From: Harriotta raleighana
Taxonomy: Eukaryota
Direction: 5' to 3'
Length of the DNA: 64,000 bases
NCBI GenBank assembly: GCA_050575255.1
Contig: JBNZDD010013730.1
Span: forward strand, 5,944,015 to 6,008,014
Part shown: positions 26,421 through 38,885 of the stretch, piece by piece
How the letters are laid out: each line of letters starts with the position of its first letter
Position numbering within the stretch: position 1 is the first letter of the stretch
Notes under the pieces: model-generated
The model's database searches: none
Told to the model about the DNA's origin: nothing
The model's input: only the letters and a program-made list of their open reading frames with translations
Position numbers and translations under genes: made by a program

Positions 26421-27799
26421 GCAATTCCTAACCTTCTTTCCATGACAGGGCAATGAAGATAAGGATGTGCTGAGGAGCTGTCAGTTCGTCTTTGATCAAA
26501 AAGCTCAGTCAATTTCTGCCACACTGCGTTCCTTTCACTATGGTTACAAGCTCCTTGTGCCTCATGAAAAGGCCAGAAAACACACTACTCATTCCTGAAC
26601 ATGTGGCCTTGAATGGAGTAGATGGACTGTCACAAGCATTGCAAATTAACATAGCAGAGACGTGGGGCAAGATCTAAGGGCATGGTAAATGTGCCTGCAA
26701 TTGGGCAGTCATTTTACAAAGCACCAATGTCTGCTGTGGCTACAGACGATGGCTGCCCTCCAGTGACCACAACAGCACAGTGTTAGAATATTGAGAGAAC
26801 AGGGGTGAACAAAAAATCACAGATGAATTAACACACGCAATTTTAAACAGCAAAATGTTCTGTTCAGAGAGCTCTTTGTTAAATATCCTGATTAATATGC
26901 TTCGACATTAGGAAGCTTAGCTTATCATTTGTTAATTAGAAAGAGGAAAATGTGTCACTTCATCCTAAAAGGCTCACTTCGTTAAGAGTAAGTTTCTTCA
27001 AAGCTTTCTGGTGCCCTTGAAATAATGCAAATGTAATTAGAATTTTGATGTCCTCCTGAATACATTGAACTTATTCCATTCTCCAATCCTGGCAGAAGGA
27101 ATGCTTGCTTTGTTTTTAATTTGCACCATTACATAGTCACTTCACCTGACACCCAGATGAAAGATCAGCGCTTACCAAATGCAGCAGCCATTTCAGTATT
27201 CCTAGCATTGGCCATTCAACAACTCTGTTTATATGCTAATGTTCAGCATCAGATTTCACATTCACGGAAAGCAATGCCACCAGCTGTCTGCATCCTTAGC
27301 TATCGAAGACCGTGATAGAATAGAAATAGAATACAACTGTAAAGATCTCCGTAGGTTCTTTGCTCCAATAACAACGTGTCATCAATAATGCTACTCATTA
27401 GAGCGGCAGTAATATTTTCTGTACTCAATACACTGTTCATCAAGGCAGGGTGACAAGTTTAATATTGATAAATTGTTAAGAATATGGATAGCTAAGGTGC
27501 CAGATTTACTCAGCAAGAAGTACTGTGCTATTTAGTGTTGTTCACTTTATAGTTTTTCGAATATCCAATAATTCTAAAATTACTAACAGTTTCCCTGAAG
27601 CTCAGCACCAGCAAGTTACCATTTTGTTAAAGTCTTGGGAACTCAATAAATGAAGATAATTCCTTACAAGTACTTAATTGTTGCTTTCAAGTGTTTATTG
27701 ATAATCTATAGATCTGTGCTACATTTACACACAGACTTGTAGATTATTTAAAAGACTGGTTTGCAAAAAAAATCCAGACAGTAAACGCCACAAGATTTA

Positions 27800-27897
27800 C
27801 TCCCAGTATGTTCTGTGAAGCATGTTGAGACATCTATAAGATGTGATAAGGCACTATATCAAATGCAAGGATTATCATTCTTATCATTCTTATTATT
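27800..27897 (+). mobile_element. Deu SINE tail fragment
   Basis: ttctgtgaagca..ttgagacatc...aaggcactatatcaaatgcaaggattat. Confidence 0.75.
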
Positions 27898-28239
27898 TAT
27901 CAGATTGAAACTTGCCCACACATGGAAGAAATTCCATCTGGGTCTAGATTTATTCTATTCTGTAACATTTCACAGCTTTCCAAAACTGACGAATTCTTCA
28001 AAACAGCCTTAATTTTGAAGCCGTTTCTCTGTGCGTCTTTGAATAATTAAAGAAAACCAACTTCAAAGTTAAGATTGAATTCAGCAATGCTGCATAAATA
28101 CAGTTAGATGTCGAGACCCGGGTGGAATTTGTCTCTGATAATAATGCTTCAACTGAGTCGTACAAAACAAACACTGCCGCCGTTATCACACTCAGAAAAC
28201 CACAAGTAAATAGGTTAAAATTCTGAAATTCATTCCAAG

Positions 28240-28700
28240 AATGTGGCAGCATGCAGCCATTAAAAACCCTCACACAGCGCATCCTTCGATCTGCCATGCT
28301 CATTTCGGGAATATAACATTTTATCACGCACTAATGCCCATTTATGAGGCCAATTATATTGCGAAGATAATACAGTCAACATCATGCTTGACAACATTGC
28401 AGGAAGCAAATAAGACACTTTTCTCATTACACTGTGGCTCACTTGACAAAATAATTCAGAGCAAAGAAAACCCTGTTGGTGACTCTTGACTGCCAAAAAT
28501 ATTGTTTGTATATCAGCAAAACGTGAAACAAATTCACCATGCCTGCTTCTCAATGAATGATTCGATTCAATATACTGTTTACTTTATTTTCAACAACGGT
28601 TCGATGAGAGACCCCTGTGTAATTTTGTTGGGAAATCTTCCTGATCAATGAAACTATTGCGATAAGAAACAGGTTAGGCATTGTTTGACAAATACTGGTC
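28240..28700. promoter_or_regulatory. Candidate conserved non-coding enhancer (CNE-like)
   Basis: Repeat-free block with HOX/CDX-type CCATTAAA, CCATTTATG and CAATTA sites, TGACA sites and retained CpGs. Inference only. Confidence 0.35.
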
Positions 28701-29599
28701 TCCAAATGTATTTGAAGTGATAAAACAAATCCTTTTTTTTTTAAATTGCAGAAGATGCAATTGTAACACATTTCCTTTCAAAGTCGAAGATTGTCATGTT
28801 TTTCGAATATGGCAGGATCAATCAATCCCCAGCTTTCATTTTTTTTTAAAAAGGCAAATCATTAACCTCTTGCACACATGTAGTCTGTTTGTACATTCTA
28901 TATATGACTAGATAAAAAAAAATATTTTAATGACGTTTTAATAACTGAAATGTTACGCTGGAATAATGGCCACCGGATTCCCTGTAACTATATGCATCTT
29001 GCTCTTGTTTTAATCCCCAATTTCACAAAAAGGGCCTGTAATTTCAGGTGCCAGAAGCATGAATGACATGGGCTGGCAAGTTGAAGAACAATGATCCTTG
29101 TTCGAATTTGAACTAAGTTCCTGACATGCAGCAAGTTATGGTATTAAAAACACCTTAAAGTTCAAGAAACCACCAATTTTAATGAATCTACAATGAAACT
29201 AAACCACATGCGCCTGACAAAGCTCCAACAATTTGGCATTGCACCAACATTTCCTTGCGTTTCGGAAATAGATTTGTTGTGCTGCAAGGGTCTGTTAATG
29301 ATTATATGGTATTTGAATGTGGCAATGGCTCTGGACTAATAGATGCTGCTTTGATGGTTGAGATATGAGCATTCCCAAACCAGAGGTAAAATATTCCTAA
29401 GAGTTGTTGAGAAAGGGCAGTTTATTTTTCTCGCAATTGTCCAGCTCAGAATCCTTTGTCAGCATTCTAGCCTGGTTAAGGGATATATTGGAATAATTAA
29501 TCCAATCCAGCCACCGAGACTTTTAAATCCCCACTGACTGCTTTCAAACCACTTTTCCTCCTTCCGCAGTTAAAATGAATGAATGTCTCACTTTAGTTT

Positions 29600-29990
29600 G
29601 TATTTCCAACATTGACATCTGCATTGAGTCCATCCTCCAGAAGATTCACTCAACTGCCACTACTTTCCCCACTGCTGCCTCCACCCTCTCCACCACCTTG
29701 AGAATCTTCCCTGCCCATCGCATCCACTTGCCCTGCCTATCAGACCTCCAAACTTGTTTTTCCCGTCAGTCCTCCCTTATTTCCTGTATGGAACACACAA
29801 TCTGCTCCCTTGACCCAATCCATACACCACAACTGGCCTCCAAGCTTCCCCTCCTAGCCGACATTGACAACCACATCTCCACTACTGCAGTACCTTCTCT
29901 CCCCAATACACACTTTCAAAACTATCCTCATTTTCACCTTTAATTTCCTCCATACCCTCATCCCATCCCATGTCTGTTATCTCATGCATT
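29600..29990 (+). mobile_element. Decayed L2 ORF2 fragment (region just upstream of the RT core)
   Basis: Pyrimidine-rich; ORF 29575-29943 contains 'TICSLDPIHT...LPLLADIDN', like the L2 motif 'TSCSLDPIPT..LL..LA.I.N'. Confidence 0.65.
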
Positions 29991-30019
29991 CCAACAGACT
30001 TCCCTGCTCACTTTCCTAA

Positions 30020-30202
30020 CACAACAATAAATTGGTCATTTCAATCCACGACTGTTTGTGGGACACTGCTGTGCGCAATTGGCTGCTGCGTTTCGCCCAC
30101 AAAATACAGTCAATACATTTTTCAGCATATTCTGTGAAGTGCTTTGAGATGTCTAGATGAGGTGAAAAGCGCTATATCAAATGCAAGCATTATTATTATT
30201 AT
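30020..30202 (+). mobile_element. Deu SINE 3' half (family 2)
   Basis: gactgtttgtgggacactgctgtgcgcaattggctgctgcgtttcgcccacaaaatacag...gtgaaaagcgctatatcaaatgcaag(att)n. Confidence 0.9.
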
Positions 30203-33200
30203 GGTATTTCATTATTGTGCTAGTTTTTTTTATTAGGGTCACAATCACACATGCACATTTTTCCCCTCTCTCCTCCAGAAGCTATTGAGAAGTGTTGGAG
30301 AATGCTTCAATGGGTGCGAGCTGCCCTCAGTATGTAGGCTGAGGATTGTGGCAATCCCCATTGCCACCCTTGATAAACAAACACGCACCCTTTTGTACGG
30401 ACGTGAACCTATTTTAACTTGGAATGCCCTGAGAGCAGTGGGATCAATTACAACACTCCTGGGTCAAATCTGGGACTTTGCATTGACTGCACACAATGTA
30501 CCGAATCAACCAAATAAGCAATTCACTTATCATTAGAATCTGCGCAAAGGTTATGTAACCAAAGATTAAAACTATTCTGACACTTAATATCAAATGAGAA
30601 CATTGCCAAAGGGGAATTATATTTTGACCAAACAGTCTGCTTTGGTGACGGAACAGAATTCAAACTGACTGGGGACTCTACTGGTCACCAAGGCCCTGAC
30701 AAACTATCTTGTCTCCCACAGAGATGTATCACCAGCTGTCTCTGCTCTTTGTGTGGTTACGTCAGTTTTGCCACCTCTCATCTCATGCTGCAGATTTTTT
30801 GAGCAAAAATGTAGGAAAATCTCAGAGAAAGAGGAACTTAAGACAAATAGCATATCCAGGTTTTATTTTAACACAAGGCTGGAAAGTATCCGATCAAAAA
30901 TCAAGTGTCTAACCAATGAAGTCGTGCAGGTGATCTACACAGTGACATGTTTGACCACTGGGTCTGTCCCCTCTCAACTCTGGTTATTGAAGTTCTTTCC
31001 CACCTGTTAAAAGCAGTCAACACATAGGAGATTTTATACAAACACAGAGATACAATCCTTTTGAGATTTTTTTTTGGGGGGCTGATTCTCCACATAAAAC
31101 ATTCAAACAATCGCCACAATTTGTGGAAGAGTTGCAACCAAATTCAGTTGGGCTGCGTCAAATGCCAAGCAAAGATGCTGAGCTCCATTCACATTCCATT
31201 GATCATTCAATCCAAGCTCTAATTACTCCACTCTGGTCACTCCAGTGTGTCCCCATCTGACCTTTTCCCCCCCTACATTTTTACACAATGAGCCTCTCAT
31301 TACTTCAAGCAACCGAAGGAATATCTTCCCAGCACCAATGACTTGAGCATAAATTAAGCAAGCAACGTCTGCATTCGAAATCCCCATCATCATAAAATAG
31401 CTAACATTACCCTGTGAACTGATCTTAGAAGCAAAAACATTATACAACCAAGGATCAATTTCCAGAAGACAATGTCATTAAGAATGAGACAGCTGGCAAG
31501 TACTCAAAAAAAAAGCCGTGCAAGTTATGTACACATTTGCCGCACCCTATTATGTAAAGTACAATAATTTTCATAAAATATTCAATTATATTGTAATAAT
31601 TTTACATATAGTTGCTTCACACTAGATCCGCTGAAATAGAATGCTGGAAGAAATGCCACTACAGCCCTCTAAGGTTTAATAATAGCAATAATTAAGTTAC
31701 AGATGGTTAACATTTATTGATGTAATGCATTAGAACAATACGCCAACACTCTCTCATGCAGCAGTAAATCACATCTCTCTAGAGAACCTATTATTCCTCA
31801 TATATGAATGTGTTTAACATAAAATAAAGTTTTATAAATTATGAGATTTCCAGAGGTCACAATCTGCAAGCCCAGATCATTGCTTCAAGGAATGGTTTAT
31901 TGAAAAAATGTTGTGCCAATTACTTCTGTGTTTCTTGTGCCTTCAAAAATATGCCAAATAACGTTATGTGGGGCTAGTGAAGGATTTCTGGCACTATTTA
32001 CCCAATATCCTGTAAGCAGACTAGCCTGAGCCAAAAATAATAAACATTTAAGACATTATCTGGGAAGTGTTGCTTTCTCTTTCTGAGACATCTTCACACA
32101 ACAGAGCTGTGAAGCATTACCTGAGCAATCCTGCTGGTTTAGAGAACAAGTCATCTTGTTTATATTCTTTAAAAGGCAAAGAGTTTTCCCTATTCTAATG
32201 TCATATTTTAACAGAAAATAGGCAAAAGATTACCTTGGAGTGGAGGTACAAAAACAACTTCAATGACTGGCCCAATGAAGCAATGTGTTGGTGTGCTAAT
32301 ACTGCCTGCCATAGTGTGCTGTCTGTCTGAGCTGTCTGATGCTGAGACTCTAGAGGGAGAGAGAAAACTGGAGAATGGATCAAGCTGCATAGCTTTCGAA
32401 TGTTTCCCAACAGTGAGTTCAAGAACTGAATAATAGGGTCTTGGAAATGGGTCACCAGCTCAACGTCTTGTTTGTGGGTTACGACTGAGAGGTCCTAAAG
32501 AGTGCAAAACAAATGACTGAAAAAAGACTACACAAAAACACCGAAAAATAAGACAAATGACTGAAAAAGGATGCTTGAATACAGAGAAATATAATCTCTT
32601 TATTCACAGACTGCTTCAGTGATTAGGTAAGCAGCAAAAATATGCCGGCACGGATTTGGAAATTGTGTTTCCAGTTTTCCACTATATAAATCTACGAATC
32701 AAAACCTAAATCACATCAGCAATCAGTATTCCTCATCATTTGGGAGTGATGCAACATTATCTGAAACTGCAGCTCCTTCCACTAAATTTATTATTGATAA
32801 TAATTCTTGCATTTGCTATTGTTTCACAGGGGGAAAGGCTGCATCTTGTAGGCAAATGCTTAAATTCACCATTATCAAGTAGAAAAATCACAAGCAAAAT
32901 CCTGCAAAATCCTTCACAATCCATTTTCATATGGCTGCAATAAGGTTTTGATCTAATAAGTTAGAACCAGGCCTTTATTACATGAAATTGTTTACCAAAG
33001 TTTTTTGCAGTAGATTTCTGAAGCATTGTGGTATCTAAAGATAAAATCTGTTACATTTTCTTAGGAAAATGTTCAATTATAATCAAAACCATGACTAGTG
33101 CAATGATGCTCCAAAATGCAGAGTGCTCCCGCTCATTTAACATCAGTGATTACTGAGGAAACAGACATTATCTTTTAAGCATTTCACATTTTATGCCACA

Positions 33201-33428
33201 CAGACAGGAATCATCAGGCTTTTCATCTATTGAGTCTTCAATGCATTACGCATTTTATAAAGAAGTCTTTTAGGTCTCTTGAAGTGATAGTGGAGGATGG
33301 GACCAAAAAATACCTCTTTTTTATAAGCATGAATCTTTAAATGAACAAAGCAGCAAAATAATACAGTTTTGCCCGCCATGTAAGACAAATTACAAGAGCA
33401 GAATACCCTTGTTCAAAGCAGTGGTTGA

Positions 33429-33547
33429 GAAATAAGGTCCAAAAAGACACATTGATAAGATAATATCTTAAGTATTACGCTTTTCAANGAAATAAGGTCC
33501 AAAAAGACACATTGATAAGATAATATCTTAAGTATTACTCTTTTCAA
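33429..33547. other. 59-bp direct duplication joined by a single N (probable assembly overlap artefact)
   Basis: 33429-33487 matches 33489-33547 with one mismatch; N at 33488. Confidence 0.85.
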
Positions 33548-34637
33548 CAACAACAACTTCGATTTATCTAGCGCCCTCCACGCCGGACAGCGTCTCAGAG
33601 CGCTTCACAATAGCGGATCCCGGGACCGAGCCAGGGGGAGGGGTAGAAAGGTGACCAAAGAGGGGTTGAAGAGAAAGGTTTTCAGCTGGGACCTGAAGTT
33701 GAGAAAGGAGGGGGGCGCGAGGCAAAGGTGGTGAGGAAGGGAATTCCAGAGCCTCGGGTCATAGTGGCTGAAGGCACGGCAGCCGAGAGTGGAGCAGAGG
33801 ATTTGGGGGACATGGAGGAGGCCAGATCCAGTGAAGCGAAGGCAACAGGAGCTGGTTTTGAGGAGATAGGAGGTCAGAGAGGTAGAGGAGTGGAGGGATT
33901 TGAAGACTAGGGTGAGGATCTTGAAGTCGATCCTCTCTGGGATAGGGAGCCAGTGAAGTCTGGCAAGGACTGGGGTAATGGGGGAGCGAAGTTTGGTGAA
34001 GGTGAGTATGCAGGCGGCAGAGTTTTGGATGAGTTCGATTTTATGGATTGTGGTGGAAGGGAGACCGGCGAGGANATCCTCTCTGGGATAGGGAGCCAGT
34101 GAAGTCTGGCAAGGACTGGGGTAATGGGGGAGCGAAGTTTGGTGAGGGTGAGTATGCAAGCGGCAGAGTTTTGGATGAGTTCGATTTTATGGATTGTGGT
34201 GGAAGGGAGACCGGCGAGGAGGGCATTGGAATAGTCCAGCCGAGAGATGACAAAGGCAGCTTTTGGCGTGAGGTATTGTCGGAGGTGGAAGAAGGCGGTG
34301 CTGGTGAAGGACCGGATGTGGGGGAGGAAGGACAGTTGGAGGTCGAACCTGACACCTAGGATGTGCACAGGTTTGGAGAATTTTAGGGGCAGACTGGGAA
34401 GGTGGAGGAGGTGAGAGCCATGCGAAAGGAGACGTTGTTGAGAGCCAAAGAGTATGGCCTCCGTCTTGTCAACATTCAGCTACAAGAAATTTGCGTTCAT
34501 CCAGCCCCTGATGTCTGACAGGCAGGCTGACAGAACATCAGGGGACTGGGGGTCACAAAGTGATGTGGAGAAATAGAGTTGGGTGTCATCCGTGTAGATG
34601 TGGAAGTGTACCCCATGTCTGCGGATGACATCCCCAA
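33545..34637 (-). mobile_element. Relatively young 5'-truncated L2 LINE (ORF2 RT C-terminal half, 3' UTR and (TTG)n tail); non-functional
   Basis: Translations give HIYTDDTQLY (YADD motif), WMNANFL*LNVDKTE, LGVRFD..LSF..HI, FVISRLDYSNALLAGLP, QNSAA, SPITPVLARLHWLPIPERIDFKIL and PRLWNSLP, all typical of L2 ORF2. There is an in-frame stop at about 34480 and small deletions; the tail reads (caa)n on the plus strand. Confidence 0.95.
33930..34220. other. 145-bp direct duplication joined by a single N inside the L2 (probable assembly artefact)
   Basis: 33930-34074 matches 34076-34220 with two mismatches; N at 34075. Confidence 0.85.
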
Positions 34638-35194
34638 TAAAGATTGGATCCAGATCTCTAATGTGGGTGTCTGATCTTGTTAGAAGCAATGAGTTTTTTT
34701 TTCAAACTACAAACAAGAGAGCTTTTCTAGAGGAACCCGAGGGTTTTTTTTTTACATTTAATGTCTATTGTAAAAAATTGGATGACATATAGGTTGACCT
34801 GTATTTCAAAATAAAGATATAACTACACAAATAAAAATTATCTGTAAAAGCAACGAAGCTTTACATTTCCTGATGCAAATCCAATGTCTGATTCACATAA
34901 AACTTTGTTGTTTTTACCGTGAAACCAATTACTCCAAATAGATATGTTTTCTATTTAGCCAAAATTAGAAAGCTAATCTTTTTTAATTTCTTCCTGTCTT
35001 TAGGTAATAAATACAATTTATTTCCTGTGCAGCCCCGAGGATTCCAAGTAATGCCACTGCACATGGAATGCTTGTGGCGAAGTCAAAGCTGGGCCAATTG
35101 GGGTAGTTTAATTCCATGACCCAGGAACAACTAAGACAGTCCTCTTTCAAAATGTATTTGCGTTTCTAAAAATCTGACACTGCAAAAAAAATCT

Positions 35195-35375
35195 ACAATA
35201 GTATTTATAATAACGCCCTTCGCCCAGAAAACTGCATTGGATACCTGCACAATAGAAGGGTTGGATGTCAAACATGGGGAGGAAAGGGATGTGACTCAAG
35301 ATGCGGTCTAAAAATTAAATGTTAAAATTGGATTTAAAGATAGATAAAGAAAGGGCAAGGTGGAGAGATTTATCA
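35195..35375 (-). mobile_element. Old L2 3' end remnant
   Basis: Reverse tail gtatttataataacgcccttc followed by a purine-rich L2-like 3' segment. Confidence 0.4.
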
Positions 35376-36557
35376 TTAGTGTGGCATGGTGCCGGGGTTT
35401 AGTGACAAAGTATGTGGAAGGGTCGGGGGAATTATGTGCACAGAACAAAGGTAAAGGATAAACCAAAGAATTGGTTTAAACACCAAAAAGAATTTTTATG
35501 GTCGCAACTATTGTTTGGACTTTGGATTGTCAGAGACACATAAACATTGCAGTTAAAATTGCCACTAACATTCATAAGATAAATATACAATCAATATTTT
35601 ATCATTTTTAAAATCAGCATGCTATCCATTGATTACTTCATACGTAATGCAGCATTAGTGATTAATTCTGTAATTGAAGAGATAATTGTTCAGATAATTG
35701 AAGCTTCTGAGCATCAGATTTCTACACTATTTCCAAAATGATAATTTGTTTTCTGCTTTATGCCATCTTGCCATCTCATATAATAGCACATAACAGAGGC
35801 AGAACATTGCAAAGACAAGGAAATCTTATTTGGCCCAACAAACTGTCTCTCTTTTCTCTTTCAACTCCAATTACTCACTTTCTTACTACAGTAACTATAG
35901 AGCTGAACCATTCTGTAAATTGGTGCCCACAGATCCCTCTTTTCTGCAGAAATGCACCTGGTTGCCTCTTGAATTTAAATCAAGACAATTCGCTTCAACG
36001 GCCCTCTGTGGCAACTTCCTCTTCGAGTCTATTACTCTTTTGTGTAACATGTTAAAACTCTTTAAACTACTCAGTCACAGTTTTAGGCTTCACTTGACTG
36101 CTTACACGATGGAATGTTCTTTATTCTTTATTTCAATTCAGTGTCATGATGACAATGAGATGAAAAAATGAAGCAGACTTTTTAAAATATATTCTGTCGG
36201 ATTTTGGAAAATGGGTTAAACGCTGCTACCGTACTTGGTTAAATTTACTGAACTAAGTCAAATCTTTACACTGGCTAGTGGATGAAGGCTAGGCAGATTG
36301 GTTAATAATCAGACTGTGCAATTCTTCTGCACAGGTGACATTTTATATATTATAGTATCTCTCAGTGTCGGAACAGTGAGCACAAGTATTTTTTAAGATT
36401 TTATTTATTTGTAATTAGTTTAGAAAATGGGACTTAGCAATACAAGTAGATGGTTTAGGATTAACATGTCACTAATAGGTCTTTCTTGTTTTAATAGCTT
36501 TGTTATTGTGATGTTTATAATTTCTCAGCGCAAATAATACGTGAGCTGAAAGTACAG

Positions 36558-36670
36558 TAATAATAATCCTTGTATTTTATACAGCAACTGTAACATCAAG
36601 AATATCTTAAAAGGCTTCATAAAGTTTCTACAGTGTGGTGACTATATTTGTTGTTCAGAGCGGATCAGCC
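36558..36670 (-). mobile_element. Deu SINE tail remnant
   Basis: taataataatccttgtattttatacagc...cagtgtggtgactatatttg. Confidence 0.55.
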
Positions 36671-37864
36671 CACAAAGAAGGGGAGCTTTTAAAGTCCCAT
36701 TAGTAAGCTCAATGTTTTAAAGATGTGCAATGGACTGTGAAATATGCATTGGAGACCTAGTTATGGTTATTGTGCCAAACACCTTTAAAATTGTGGTGCA
36801 TGAAGATTTGTGTATCCACTATGTGCTGATACACTTGAGTCTGTTTAGTGACCTGGGTCACCCTTGATTACATATTTCCACTGACTCTATCAATTGTTTT
36901 TTTTTTCAGATCCATACAATCTCAGTGGCAGCATTTATTTCAATTTACTGAAGGTAAATAAGACAATCAGAAGATCAGTCACTGCATTTATGTAAAATTC
37001 ATTAGTTTACCAGTATTTCCAAATAGATCTGGGAATATATTGTGGTGGTTCTTTTGAAAGATATAAATTTCCAAGAGAAAATAGAGGAACTTGCACAAGA
37101 GTCCAGAGACATCAACTTGAAGTCAGTTTTTGTTAAAACTGCAATTACAAAACTGCTGACTAAACACAATCCCAATTCAATATGCTATTATATCCATAAT
37201 TCATGCATTATGTCTATCCAATACCTTTCAAAAACAATTAACTGTACATACTGCTAAAAGTGAGAACATCTGGTGTAAATAAAAGTACCATAGATCCCCT
37301 TGTCTTATGTGTTTTATATAATGAGAATGACCTATGATCTAAACGACACCTCAGCAGGCTAGTGTATCCCATGGGGCCATAAGAAAGATAGCAAAATGCC
37401 CAAACAGCTTAACCATTCTTCTTGCAATGTTGGGTACAAGGTGTGGCTGCAAACAATTGGTACCTACACTTGAGAACTCAACTTTAGAAACTAGAAACCT
37501 AGCTCTTCAATATGCTAAAAGTATGATATTTCTCAGCATTTTGAACAGATAGCTGAATGGTTCCAATGAGACTATTTTTCCCCCTCAATTGGCTCGTGAT
37601 TTTGTTGTTCAGTTGCTATTTGGTTGGGTCACTGACTGTGAAAAATTGTATCACACGAAAATCCAGTAGTTATCCTCAATTTTTTTTAAAACCGTGTTGC
37701 AAATTGCAGTCCATCTTACTCATCGCATGACATGGCCTTTTTGCCTCAATAGCATTATTGTCAATGGAAGTTTTTTCTTTTAAAAAGAGAGATATTGTAA
37801 CCCGCATAGTGAATCCCTCCAGGTTGTAATAACTTTAACAATGTTCTTATCTTGCTCTCCTATT

Positions 37865-37886
37865 ACACACACACACACACACACAC
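37865..37886. repeat. (AC)n microsatellite
   Basis: Read directly. Confidence 0.95.
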
Positions 37887-38519
37887 CAAATGCCCAGTTT
37901 AGTCTGTCAATATTTGGCACGAGCAAATAATCACCAAGAATTTAATGTGGTGTTCTCAGATAAATTTTGTGTATAACAATGACTATTTGGGGCAACTGAT
38001 TTGCATTTTAGATTTATTCAGCTGCACTGACACCCTTTTTGCCCTCTTCAAAACACACTGTGGCAAGCATGAGTCTATTTTGCACCCTCAGATAAACAAG
38101 ACTGAAATATGCGAGCTGGATTTCAAAACAAGACGACTAATGGATGAATCAAATTAAACTGTAATTGTTTGTTATTACTGTAAAATTAACAGAATTGAGA
38201 TGTAGGCAGGAATAAACTCATCGTAAAGCTCACCCATTCCCTTTTTAGTATCACAATTTTCCAATAAACAACAATTAAACAAAGCAAGGCAGCTAGTTTA
38301 CAATTTGGTGCATTTAGAGTTGCGCTTGTGACTGCAATGATCCATAGAGTTTAATTGAGTTTTAACCTATTAAGTTGTGATTGTCTCATTAATGCTGTTC
38401 CTCCCAGGTCTAATGAAACGTGTCCTGTTAGGAAAGACTTTTATAAAGAAGTGGTGTTCCTTCAAATGACTGTTAATACCTATACAGTGTGTAGAATAAT
38501 ACAATATTAACAGCAGAGA

Positions 38520-38885
38520 ATGAGTCTAGTTAGCACCTTCAGCCTGTGCTGCTGCTCGCTCCTGCATTTGAAGCTATTTACTCTCACCCCATTCCTCTGT
38601 TCCTTTCTCATTCCCAATAATATTATTGTTTCCCAAAATATTTAATCAATTCTCTCTTAAATGTTGTTTTGGTCTAAGCTTCCACAACCTTTTGACATTC
38701 TAACTGTCCTCAGTGTAATTATATTCCCTGAATCTCCCTTTTTTCCTTCCCTTATAATAATTCTCTATTCACGCCCTTCAGTCACCGACTCAATCACACG
38801 CTCGCTTTATTTAGAAACAATTATTCATTAATTTTGAAATCCACGATTAGATCACCTTAACCCTCTCTGCTCCAGGAATAAAAAA
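38520..38885 (-). mobile_element. Decayed CR1 3' fragment
   Basis: tctctcttaaatg...gcttccacaacc...attctaactgtcctcagtgt and attagatcacct...ctctgctccagg match the pattern of a reverse CR1 3' end. Confidence 0.6.

Noticed and set aside
33429-34220. Two tandem duplications (59 bp and 145 bp) that could be read as a large TSD or an internal L2 repeat
   Set aside because: Each pair is separated by exactly one N and differs by only 1-2 bases, the signature of unmerged overlapping contig ends or alleles. Long reads would settle it.
33728-34359. Plus-strand G/E-rich ORFs and the minus-strand P/S-rich ORF
   Set aside because: Antisense or alternative-frame shadows of L2 ORF2.
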